A program made the translations under genes and the position numbers. Shown here piece by piece: positions 49,635-61,426 of a DNA stretch of 64,000 nt (positions are counted from its first letter, which is position 1; the number at the start of each line of letters is the position of its first letter). Location of the stretch: positions 12,558,606 to 12,622,605 of the forward strand of contig NC_081385.1 in assembly GCF_030684315.1 (NCBI RefSeq), given 5' to 3'. The notes under the pieces were generated by a model. The model saw only the letters and a program-made list of their open reading frames with translations, did no database searches and was not told the origin of the DNA. The stretch comes from Stegostoma tigrinum. Taxonomy: Eukaryota.

Positions 49635-50422
49635 AGATTTGTGTTCCTGAGATGCTGCTTGGCCTGCTGTGTTCATCCAGCTTCACACTTTATTATCTTG
49701 GTGAGTATCTGGTAAGTGATTATATTCCTGAGGTTCCATATAGTAGAGCAGCTGGTGTTAAGCTTCACAAAATATGATGTGAATACAATGATTAATTAGT
49801 TCCCTAAAACACATTAAGAATGGCAGGTCAGGTGATATATCCCAGGTGCAGTGTGTGGAAGTTCCTGAATACCAGTTTGATTCATGTTTATAGCATGTGT
49901 TTGAAGGTCAAAAAGTTCTGATTCAGACGTTTTGAACAAGGTGCTGAACTACACACTATGGCACTTCAGGGATGGGGAAATTTACCTGCATTCTTTTCAC
50001 CAGGAGACAGCCACTGTTCTTATGGTTGGATTGTCTGATCTGGTCAGTGTTTAGGCACAGGAGGATATGACTATGAGTGAAGGAGATAAGGGGACCCAGA
50101 GGATAGGAAGGCAGATGCCTCAGCCTTTGTAATTGTCCATCGATCAGACGTTCTTTCAGCTTGTCTGGATGAAATTGAGGATGGCTAGGGGGAAGGAGCT
50201 AACCGACCACAGCACCATGTTATTAATAACAGTATAATAGAATAATTACAACACTTAAACAGTGTGTAACAAGGTATTGTAAGCTTTATATCCATTTGTA
50301 CATATGTAGTTGCAAGTGATTATGATATACATTGCTGTACACTGCTGAAAAAAATGATGAAATCCAGTTTAATGCAAAGGAATATTAAACATCACTGTCT
50401 TTGAAATGATTCTTTCCTTCAG

Positions 50423-50865
50423 TTTTTGAAACAGAGCCACATATTTATCCTACACACCAGCCAGAATTGGACCCTCCTCATACCAAACTAATCCCGAAAA
50501 CCTGTTACATGCTAGACTACGTGGATCCCGCACTCTTAATGTACCCTCCCTGCCCCCCTGATTTGAACAGGGTGGAGAACGAGCAGTTACAATATTGTGG
50601 ACCCCCTGCTCCACCAGACGCTGATGAGACAGCAGAGAACAATCAATTATGTGGTACTTACATCTCTTTAAATCCCAGTTGTCCGACAGATTCGGATGCT
50701 CTGCAAAACCAGCAGCCAGAAGTGCCAGGGTTTTGTGGATATCACCTCCCTACAAAAATGCCATTAGGATTGTGCACAGCCAGATTTTGTGAGCCATGCA
50801 AGCCTACACCATTATCTTCTTCAGGATCAGGTTTGGCAGTGTGTTGCTCATCCTCCAATCCCTGA
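50423..50865 (+). CDS. CFAP68: CFAP68/C11orf1 last coding exon with long C-terminal extension
   Basis: ttccttcag acceptor. FETEPHIYPTHQPELDPPHTKLIPKTCYMLDY contains the conserved HQPELDPP, then stays open to TGA at 50865. AATAAA at 50967-50972. Confidence 0.88.
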
Positions 50866-53058
50866 AGCAGTGATGAACGATCAGTGAAGAACCAAAATAA
50901 TGAAAACTGCAAGAGAATTTTAAAAAGACTCTGTTTTCTTTTAGGAGTGGATTGAAATGGCTGAATAATAAATAGGGAATGATACACCTGTTGTTCCTCT
51001 GTTATGAGATTTGTTTAATGTGTGAACAATCTGTTCCTGAGCCCATGATCAGCCGTCAGAAACAGAAAAACTGGAGCAAAATATTAAACTCATGAGTCAA
51101 TACAGTGAGTTAAATATCTGCACAGTTCTAAGTTACTTATAAAATGTCAAAGATGTTTGCATCTCCACCACCTGTGTTCCTGCAGGAATATTGAAAAGGA
51201 ATTCAGAAGCTCTTGTTAAAAACTGCATTAAGTACAAAAGCTTCACCATTACTACCTGCTTGAATATTTGGTCATTCTAGCTATTGGATTACTTTTTAAC
51301 TGATGCTCTCTTATTAAAATATGCAAAAGCTAACATTTGTTTGATTTTTATGGAAAATTTTACACAGCACACAAGAAAATTGGACTTGTTTTACACTTGA
51401 ATAAGTCTCTCTTTTCACAGCTTGAAGATGTAAGTTAATGGTAATTTTTAAAATCATGCATTTTTTTATGGTAAGGATAACTGAAGGTTATGATTTTAAG
51501 TGACACATTATTTTGCAAATGTAAAGACCAAAAACTCGTAACATCAATTTCTGTGTTTTTGCTGTGGCTGTGATGGGAGAAGTGTAATCATCTATAGAAT
51601 AACATTATCTTGAAATGTCTTTTTAATGTTATATTTTAGTTTTTTTTAAGTTCAGTGTTGCAATTTGATTGCACATTCTTCTTTAGGTCGGAGCACAGTC
51701 GATTTAAAACAGTGAATAGATTCACAACCAGTCTGTGACTGGTAAGAAAGAGAATCCAGAATATTTACATTGGGACTTCACACCTAAATCATTAAAACTT
51801 AAGCTGACTTCTATCAAAAGACATAGTAATTTCCCTTAAAAGTAAATGAAACAGAATGCTGGAAATTTGACATAAGAATAAGAAATACCATAAATTTGGT
51901 TAATAAGACTGAGGCTCTTGTACTTTCTAATTTATGAAAACATAGATTTGCTTATTTTTATTCTATTAGCTTTTCTGCTTTTCTAACTTTAGCAAGTCAT
52001 TCTCACTTACCAACTCTGACTGTAAGTGTCGTCACAGTCCTACCAGACCAAAAAGTTACACTTTCTTGAAAGGGACAAGTGGTAACGGGTTAACCTAAGG
52101 CTCACTCTGCCTCAGGTGAGGGGAGAGGTTGTAAAGGGGATCCTTCACAGTAACCTCTCCCATTAGGGGAACTGAACCCACACTATTGGCATCATGCTGC
52201 CAGTCCAACTGAGCTAATCGATCCCCATCTCTGACTGTACCCTGGTATTGTTCTACATTTCCAATGGCTCTATGTCAACATTCAAAAATCTTAGGTGATA
52301 TACCATCTGATCATTACAATGAGATTTAAGGTACATACTCTCTACTTCTTTAACAGTTACTCAGAGCATTGCCTCACTTTTCAGACAAATAAACCTCGTC
52401 TTCTGAACTCTTGATGGAATTTCATCTGACAGAATAGAACATTACATGGCTAGCTATAATTTGCAAAATGGTCATCTTCAGGAATTACTTAGAAAAGGAA
52501 ATTATGGACAACTAAAGACATATTCTAAAATACGAAATCTGTATTCCTATTAATGGTTACATCTGGTACTAAATGTATGCACGTAGTTCACATCCAGAAC
52601 CTCAACCTGAGCTACAAATCTTCTCAAAACTCGCTAGTAGTTCATTCATTAAGATATGTGTCATAATCATTGGTGGAACATTAATAAATGATTTATACTG
52701 AGCTATTGTTAAATTATCTCTAACGAAGAAAAAAACCTTAGCCCTGCTTAATGAGAAATGTATATAAAGGCAGTTAGTTTTACTTTATATTGTTTTGCAA
52801 TGGATTATTTAGCATTTTACAAACCCAGTGAAGCCAAAGACCAAAGTAAAAGAAACAGGAATTATGCAATAGGTTATTCATATAGTTGACTTTATTTAAA
52901 TGGAAATTTTACTAAGGCAGTGAGGATAAATGTTTATTGCAGGCTAACAGATTTTAAGGAATGTGTGATTATATAGCAAAACAAAACATGACATTTAAAG
53001 CAAAAGGCAATACTTTAATGGCTTGAAATCATTTCACATTGAACGGAACAGAAATGAT

Positions 53059-53262
53059 CTACTTTTGCTGAGCTCCAGCAACTGCAGGCTTTTCCTCTCG
53101 GCTGATGGGCACAGATCGCTCAGGAACATCAGCCAGCTTCCTGGGACCACAAATTGTAAGAACTCCATCTACTGACAGGGAGCTGGTGATCAGAGTTGGA
53201 TCAACTCCTGTTGGAATCTTGTACTTCCGGTGAAATTCTCTAGAAACATAGCCATGTTCATC
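53059..53262 (-). CDS. CRYAB: alphaB-crystallin exon 3
   Basis: ttctgcag acceptor, 204 nt. [76 protein letters not shown] on minus at 52933-52938. Confidence 0.98.
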   Translation of the reverse strand, partial: DEHGYVSREFHRKYKIPTGVDPTLITSSLSVDGVLTICGPRKLADVPERSVPISREEKPAVAGAQQK

Positions 53263-54107
53263 CTGCAGAATAAAAGATTTGAGAATTAAAGACAGTATTC
53301 AATCAACTTTTCTATGGATTTTACAAGAGAAAAACTCATTCCATTTTCTTTTTGACTATCTCATACCCAGTCAAATAAACCGTAAGGCAAAATACCACAC
53401 AACCTAACTTTCACAAATTAACTTTCTCATTCATCAATGGGACAGTTCTGGAACTTTGGCAATTGTTTGAAATGCAAAGTGAAGGCCATTGTGCTCCCTT
53501 TCAGTGAAACTCCTTAAATTCTTTACAGGGAGTGCAGGTATTTACCACAGAATGTTTATATTTGTCTATAAATTCATATTTTATTAATTTACAGTGGATT
53601 CATGTTTGCAGCCATGTTAAATTCTGAGTATGGTGTTTATATATCAGAATTGTGAACATACAATTCAGACTAACACCTTTTCGACTGGATAAATATATTT
53701 TGCAAATACTCAAGAATTTCCAAGCACTCTAATTTGTATAAATCCAATGTAAAAGGACATGAACTGATAAGTGACTGGGTGGAGGAAAGAGAAAATAACA
53801 TTTGCGACATGAGAGAATACCCCTCCAATGCTGCATAAATTTCACATTCTACCATGAGAACTTTGGTTTCAATGGAATCTGCTTGAAGTTAAGACTGCTA
53901 AATATATCACATACTTTATTCCCAAAAAATATTATGTACAAATAATTGTTTTAACACTCAATATAATAATGGCAATGCTTATCAAAAATAATTTATTGAC
54001 CATGAAGCACTTTGGGGAAGTCCTATTATGAATAATGCTATATAAATGCAAGTCACCACAGGCCAGTAAGATCATTGTTTTAATATATATTTTGAGTTAG
54101 TTAATCT

Positions 54108-55005
54108 CATAGAGCCATAGAGATATACAGCACAGAAACAGACCCTATGGTCCAATTTGTCCATGCCAACCAGATATTCTAAATAAATCTAACAGTGTTT
54201 ACCAGCATTTGATTCCTATCCCTCCAAATCCTTCCTGTTCATATACTCATCCAGATGCCTTTTAAATTTTGTGTTTGTACTATCCTCCACTACTTCTTCT
54301 GGCAGCTCATTCCACAGACGCGCCACCCTCTGTGTGAAAATTTTGCTCCATAGTTCCCTTTTATATCTTTCCCCTCTCACCTTATACCTATGCCCCTCTA
54401 GTTTTGGACTCACCCACTCCAGGGAAAATACCTTGTCTATTTACCCTATCCATGCTCATGATTTTATGAACCCCTATAAGGTTATCCCTCAGCCTCCCAT
54501 GCTCCAGTGAAAATAGCCCCAGTCTGTTCAGCCTCTCCCTATTGCTCAAACACTCCAACCCTGGCAACATCCTTGTAAATCTTTTCTGCACCCTTTAAAT
54601 CTCACATCTTTCCTATGGCAAGGAGACCAGAACTGAACAGGGTATTCCAAAAGTGTCCTAACCAATGTCCTGTACAGCCACAACATGACATCCCAACTCC
54701 TATACTCAATGCACTGACCAATAAAGACAAGCATACCAAATACCTTCTTCACTATACTATCTACTTGTGTCTCCACTTTCAACCTATACTCCAGGGTTTC
54801 TTTGTTCAGAAATATTCCCCGGAAACTTACCATTAAGTTATTCATTCCTGCCCTGATTTGCCTTTCCAAAATGCAGCACCTCACATTTATCTAAATTAAA
54901 CTTCATCTGCCACTCCTCAGCCCTTTGGCCCATCTAATCAAGATCCCATTGTACTCTGAGGCAACTTTCTTTGCTGTCCACTACACCTCCAATTTTGGAG
55001 TCATC
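54108..55005 (-). mobile_element. Decayed CR1-like LINE 3' part
   Basis: LYRTLVRTLLEYPVQFWSP, RFTRMLPG, IFTQRV motifs on minus. Confidence 0.9.
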
Positions 55006-56132
55006 ACCAGTAGCCATTTTTTGCAAATGTTTTTCAATCAGCCTGTTCCAAGATGCTCCATACCTCTGGAGCAGATGGAACTTGAACCTGGGTCTGCAGG
55101 CTCAACAGTAGGAGCACTACCACTGCGCATCACAAGAGCTGAACAACAATGGACATTGAGTGAAGGCAGAGTTAAACTCATCTGTGATGCCCACAACAGT
55201 CAAACAATGTGCCAATTATCAATATAATGGCTATTGTTTGAACAATGATCCCCTAGATACAATTCAATCTTGAAATGTTAGATATTAACACAGGATTCAC
55301 TGTCAAGGTTTTTGGGGTTATCTATAGAACTTGGCCATATTGCAGTCTTGCAACTAAGTTCCGGGAATGATTCTATATTTAATTTTGTGCAGCAAGGGCA
55401 TGTGATGGCTTAGTTCAGCATAAAAGAGTGCTCAATTGCTACGTTTCAGTGGAGCGATAACATACCAGTCCTCAATTTAGACTGGCCTCTATTGGAGTAT
55501 CTGTTGGCTTGTTACACTGAGCCAATTAACTTTGTCATAAATATTATACTTTACTAAAACAAATTTTGGCTTTTTCAACATCCATACTGGTACATTTCAA
55601 TGTTTTTTATGATGGTTAGGAAATTTGAGAACATTTCACAAATGAATAAGAGATGTTAAAATGTTGTTAACGTATCTGGCATTGCTCCAATGATAATAGA
55701 TCCAGTTAATATTTTTATGCACCACTACAGCTGTGAGCAGTACCTTCTGTAGTAAACAAAGTTACTAAGTTGGTTGGAATAATTCCATTAATAAAGTTGT
55801 AATTAGAGAAATCACAAATCCTTCATTTTGTGTAAAATTGTGGTCTGATTTGGTGTGTTTTCCTTCAGTTGATTTCGAAATCTGATTATGGCTAGGTTTC
55901 AAATCTTGATGAGGAATCATATATTTAACCACTACAGTTTCAGCTGTCAGCCAAATCATCGCCCAGCAAAGGAATCAGCATATAATTTAACAGTCTCTCA
56001 CTCAAAATATGCTGCATTCAATTTAGACCTGACCAGCAATAAGCCAATAAGCTATCCCACCTGATGCAAGTGGCTGCAAATATAGGACAAATCAAAAATA
56101 AAGCAAAGGTAAGGAAAAATCTGAAATTGTAC

Positions 56133-56255
56133 CTGGCGTTCTTCATGCTGAGCTTGTATTTCAACAAAGTCACCCAGAACTTTCACACGGATTTCTTCAG
56201 GAGTGAAATGTTTGACATCAAGGTGAATAGTAAATTTATCCTTGTCCAGTCTCAA
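56133..56255 (-). CDS. CRYAB: alphaB-crystallin exon 2
   Basis: cttgcag acceptor, GT donor, 123 nt. [41 protein letters not shown]. Confidence 0.98.
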
Positions 56256-58995
56256 CTGCAAGAGAGACAGAGCACAGCACATCTATTTAGGAAAGAATGA
56301 ATGTCAAATTCCTAAGCTGTCTTCTTGACATCAATATTGGGAAGGTGATAAGGTGAACTGGGATCATGAATTTCTGCAGCTCAACACTAGTGGCAGGAAC
56401 ATCTCTTTCAAGATATTATTATAATACATGACCACTCACAAGCCAAAGTGTCACAGTAAAATTCTAATCAATTTTTCATTAGCTTTAAGTTTCAACCATC
56501 ATGACTGCCAGAGTGCAATATGTGAAAACTATATTGTTCTTTATAAACTATCATACAATACTCGCTATAATTAACAACATAAAGTTCTATCCTGAAGAAT
56601 TATTACTGAACATGAAACATTAACTATTTTTTCTACACAGATGCTACCAAAACTGTTGAATTCTCCGAACAATTTCTGTTTTAGTTTCTAATTTCCAGCG
56701 TCTGGGTTGCTTTCTTTTTGTTTTAAATACTGCGGTTATCCAAGTAAACTTGGGCTGAGATTACCAAAACACCTTAATCATCTCCCGTGAATGTTCCATG
56801 TTTAATAAAATCCACGCTGCTACATTAGCTTGCAAGCCACCGGTCCCTTGAAATTGCACCGATTAATCAGTCCTTTACTTGACCTCTCCCTTACAATATA
56901 CTCCCCAGTGTGAATTCAGGTATTTTCCTTCTCCACTTTAGCAACGTAAAACATTCTCTCCATGACATAAAACAGTCTTGCCTACTGACTTATGAACCTA
57001 CAAGTTTTATATCTGAGTTCATATCCCAGTGTAGAATTTGGAAACGTACAATGGAATTGCATAACAGATGTTTAGGTTTGTAAGAACATCAGGCGGTATT
57101 GCTCCCCTCTGTGCTGGAATTCCTGAGATTCACTTCTAATCTGTGAAGTACTGCTGAGGGACAGCAAATGTATAAGATAAACTAATAGCTTAAAGTAAAC
57201 ATTCACTCCTTCCATCATCAGCACATTCAATCTAGAGAATGCTTATTCAACAGCACCACTTAAATCTAAAACTTGCAACTGTTAGATGGAATTCTTAATC
57301 TAATAGCACTGTGAAAGTGTATACAGTGCATAGATTGCAGTAGTGTAAGGGTAGAAGATTCGTAGTTTTCTCATGTGCATCTAGAAATGCATAATAAATG
57401 CTGGGCTTGCTTATGATACCCATAGTCAAGAATTAGTGTAAATAAACAATGGATTAATGAAAGACCAGACTGTGATACATTAAATCTCAACAAGATAGCA
57501 GGGTGTAAATGCAGATGATTGAAAGCTAAATTTAAAGCAGTAGGTATACATTTTATTAAATTACAATGAACATTTGGAAAAATCATCATACAGGTTAATG
57601 GAGAAAAAAAATTGTGGTTATTCATCATGCAATTATCAGCTGTGAAAACAAGTTATACATTTTCTAGCCATTCATAGTCTTTTTTTGAATAAGTGAAGCT
57701 GTCTTAAAAAGGCTTAGGTGGTGGATGGCGTGCCGATTGAGCAAACAGCATTGGCCCGGATAGTCTGGGCATGAAGTGAGTATCTCAGCAGCCTCAACTT
57801 GTGTTTAGTAGATGATGGCAAGGCTTTAGGAATTTGGGGGCTGACTGCTGGCTGGCTCAAGAAACTACAGCATTTTGTTCTGGGCTGAATTGCTCGTCAA
57901 TTTCAATGGTAGAAGATTCAAAGATGGTCAGGTCAACAAATGACAAGGAAAGGTAGTTAGACTTTTATCATTAAGTAGTGACTACCTACTGCTTGTGTAT
58001 AAATCTAACTTGCCACTTGTTGATTCAAGCAGATGGTAATGAAAAGAATCTTTCTAGCAATAAGCACTAAAGCAATGAGTTCTAATGGTCCAACTTTTCT
58101 CATTCTGAGCTTTAAATGACATAGATTCACAACAATATTGTCAGAGGTGTCAAATGTATCTGATCCCTGGTAGATCATGAAAAGGAGATGATCACTCTTT
58201 TCAGAGAGTAACTAAGTCATCATAGAGAAAGAAGAAGCAAAAATCAGAGAATAAGATTCTTCTACACAAGTCCTAGCAGCTTGCCGGGTAATGGTACAGA
58301 GAAATTCAAATTTATTTTGCAATTTCATAACATTATTTAATTTAGATATCAGGATAATTGAGGGCACAATATTATGATTTCCATTAGCCGTAAATTGTTC
58401 CATGGTAATTTGTTGGCCAGCTTTCAGTGGGTCCTACCGGAACATTCTTTTCATAAACAACATTCTGGCATGTAAACTCAACCCACAGAGCAAAGAATAA
58501 ATAAAGTCATATGAACGGACAGATTGAACTGCACAAAGGCAGACATTGTTGAGAAATGTTAACTCATTCTAACGTGAAGCATTTTTACTAGAATTATAGA
58601 GAATGTACTCAGATAATATAAGGCCTAAGGTTTCAAACTTTAAAACTTCAAACTTTAAAACTTTCTTAAATTTAATTTCTAACTTAAAGGACAGGGATAC
58701 GGTCAATCTCCTATTTACCAGTTTGTTGGCATCTCATGATCTCCAGTAATGCTTGATTGCCCCTACTCCAACTGTGCAACTTAACACAAATTTAGAATTT
58801 TGATACTTCTCGAAGACAAGCAATCTTATGGTCTATTTGAGTGAGACTGCAATTGTTTCCAAATATTCATTGTTGCATTTGGAAATAAACCAGAAAACCA
58901 AAAAAACTCAAACCTACATCCTACATGTAATATTTAATCTTAAAGCAACTGGCTACTGGCATTGACAATATCGTTTGTAGAAGAGTCCGGTATAA

Positions 58996-59512
58996 GAACA
59001 AAGAACAAAGAAAATTACAGCACAGGAACAGGCCCTTCGGCCCTCCAAGCCTGCGCCGATCAAGATCCTCTGTCTAACCTGTCATCTATTTTCTAAGGGT
59101 CTGTGTCCCTTTGCTCCCTGCCCATCCATGTACCTGTCCAAATATATCTTAAAAGACACAATCATGTCTGCGTCTACCACCTCCGCTAGCAACACGTTCC
59201 AGGCACCCACTACCCTCTGTGTAAAGAACTTTCCGCGCATATCTCCCTTAAACTTTCCTCCTCTCACTTTGAACTCATGACCCCTAGTAATTGAGTCCCC
59301 CACTCTGGGAAAAAGCTTCTTGCTACCACCCTGTCTATACCCCTCATGATTTTGTAGACCTCAGTCAGGTCCCCCCTCAATCTCTGTCTTTCTAATGTAA
59401 ATAATCCTAAATTACTCAACCTCTCTTCATAGCTAGCACCCTCCATACCAGGCAACATCCTGGTGAACCTCCTCTGCACCCTCTCCAAAGCATCCACATC
59501 CTTTTGGTAATG
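58996..59512 (-). mobile_element. CR1-like LINE 3' end, same young subfamily as 15905-16762
   Basis: Near-identical translation (MGDSITRGHEFKVRGGKFKGD...HRPLENR) and 3' tail. Confidence 0.92.
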
Positions 59513-60830
59513 TATGAGTAAGGTTATCATAAATAAAGAGATAAGAAGGTATAGGGAATAGGTGGAAATGTGGAGCAATGAGATCACCCGGGATCTTATT
59601 AGCTGGCAGAGCAGCATGAGGAACCAAGTGGCTGACTCATGCTGCTAATCCACATATTTGTATCAGTAAGCATCTCACTTTGTTCCAAAGCTCAATCACA
59701 GGTATGTGCCCAATCAGCATCACAGGACATTGACTGCTTTAACAATTACCAACTTGTTAATTTAAGTTATTTAAATTTGAGCTAATTTTTACTATTAATA
59801 TTTGTATCCTCTTTTTGGAGGATGGAGAAAGTGGGGTACTTTGTAGTTACTTTGGGTTTTGCTGACCAAATACAAGACTGGATAAGGCAACATAGTGATT
59901 CATATTTTATTAGCTAAAGCAGAGTTCAAACCTTGATCAATAAATATTTATATTTTAATTAGCTTATTCAAACATGTTAGGATACACCTCTATGACAAGT
60001 AGGACTTAAACCCAGACTTTCTGACCCAATGGGAGGAGACTATCAAACTGCCACAAGATACTAAATTATTTTCAATGAAGCTGTACTGATGTATGATGAT
60101 ATACCCTCAGAATGGATAGGACGTGAGCCCTGGTGTAGGGATATTACCTTTGTGCACAAGAACCCCTCACCTTAGTCCTATATGTTACTTTGGAAGACTT
60201 ATCATGTACCAGTGAATCATATTTATTTGTAGCATTTCCTTTGGTTCTTTTCAGGTTACCAGCAATCAGAGATTTTCTTACTCTTGCTTTCTGGGGAATT
60301 AATGTGTTCAGATACAGAAAATTAAGCCTAAGCCTTTGGTCCTCATAACGTGCCTTGAGGTTACAGGGAAAAATCAATATTCCATTAACTTTCCTTTATT
60401 TCAATTTGCAGATGGTAACAGAGCTTACTGTTCCAGCTTCGGATTTATTTGTCAAAAAAACTTATTATTTACCATTAATTGCACTAATTAAGTGTATTAA
60501 TTAGTTATATATTTATGTGTATACAGATTCAATGTAAGAGCTTAAGAAATAGGTGCGGGACAAGTCCAGTCAACATTTCCAGCCTCCAGAGATCCTCAAG
60601 GTTATCTTCACTTTCCTAAAAGGCCCCATCCCCCCATTCACAAACACCCATCCTATCATGTCCTTTCATTCCATCAACTTGGTCTTGAATATAGTCTACA
60701 ACTACTCATCCATAGCCTTCTCAGATGGAAATTTCCAAAGGTCCACAAACCTCTTAGCAAAGAAAGTTCTTCAGAGCTCAGTTTGAAATGGCTGTCCCCT
60801 TATTCTGATATTATGTCCCCCCTTTCCTCA

Positions 60831-60945
60831 TTATCATATAGAGATACATATATGTTTATTTTCTTCCACTCTATCATATAGATAAACATGTTTATTTATC
60901 TTCCACTTCATCATACAGACCTATGTGTTTGTTACCTTCCTCTTT
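60831..60945. repeat. Degenerate ~38-40-bp tandem repeat (about 3 units) in CRYAB intron 1
   Basis: Recurring tatcatatag...atgtttatt...cttccact units. Confidence 0.65.
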
Positions 60946-61105
60946 ATTTTATATATATACACACATAGAACAATTAGGCACATTCGTTATTGTTATGAGG
61001 CAGGCAACACATCCACAAAGATTGATTCGAGTGGTGAAATTCAAATGTTAAACAAATATTTTAGGAAAATGCCACAACTTTAAGGATACTTTGCACCGAA
61101 CATAC

Positions 61106-61288
61106 CTCTGATAGTCCAGATTGTACCCAGCTTGGCATCCTGAACAATGATGATGGCATTCGCCAGTAGAAGGGGAAGAAGTCAGGATCGAGGTTTTCCC
61201 CAAAATGCTGGTCATAGATACGGGAGGGGAAGAGGAAATTTGGCATGAGGGAGCGCCGTAGCCATGGAGTCTGAACTGCAATGTCCAT
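61106..61288 (-). CDS. CRYAB: alphaB-crystallin (HSPB5) exon 1
   Basis: [31 protein letters not shown]...[18 protein letters not shown] donor, 183 nt. Confidence 0.97.
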
Positions 61289-61383
61289 CTTCACTTTCCT
61301 CTAAAATTAGCAGGATGTGTATCAGTGTGGTTGTGCTGTCTTCAGTCCAGGGGCTGGTTGAAGGCCAGTTGGTGTCTCAGTCC

Positions 61384-61426
61384 TTTATATACACAATGAC
61401 GCCGAACGTGTTGAACTTTCTGGAAA
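61384..61426 (-). promoter_or_regulatory. CRYAB core promoter: TATA box plus heat-shock element
   Basis: TATATAAA on minus at 61384-61391, ~100 nt upstream of the ATG. Perfect nGAAnnTTCnnGAAn HSE (tGAActTTCtgGAAa) at 61412-61426. Confidence 0.8.

Larger units (their letters stand above)
49474..49698. mobile_element. Fold-back PLE-derived short element with two hammerhead cores, 14-bp TSD
   Basis: Inverted arms of ~96 bp. TSD tggtgagtatctgg at 49460-49473 and 49699-49712. Confidence 0.85.

Noticed and set aside
5322-49698. Dispersed near-identical palindromic repeats read as a CRISPR array or classical TIR MITEs
   Set aside because: Eukaryotic DNA with no repeat-spacer periodicity. Asymmetric arms, variable 11-16-bp TSDs and linkage to a GIY-YIG fragment point to Penelope-like retroelements.
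58630-58665. Short tandem duplication (ttcaaactttaaaac x2)
   Set aside because: Ordinary slippage duplication with no further signal.
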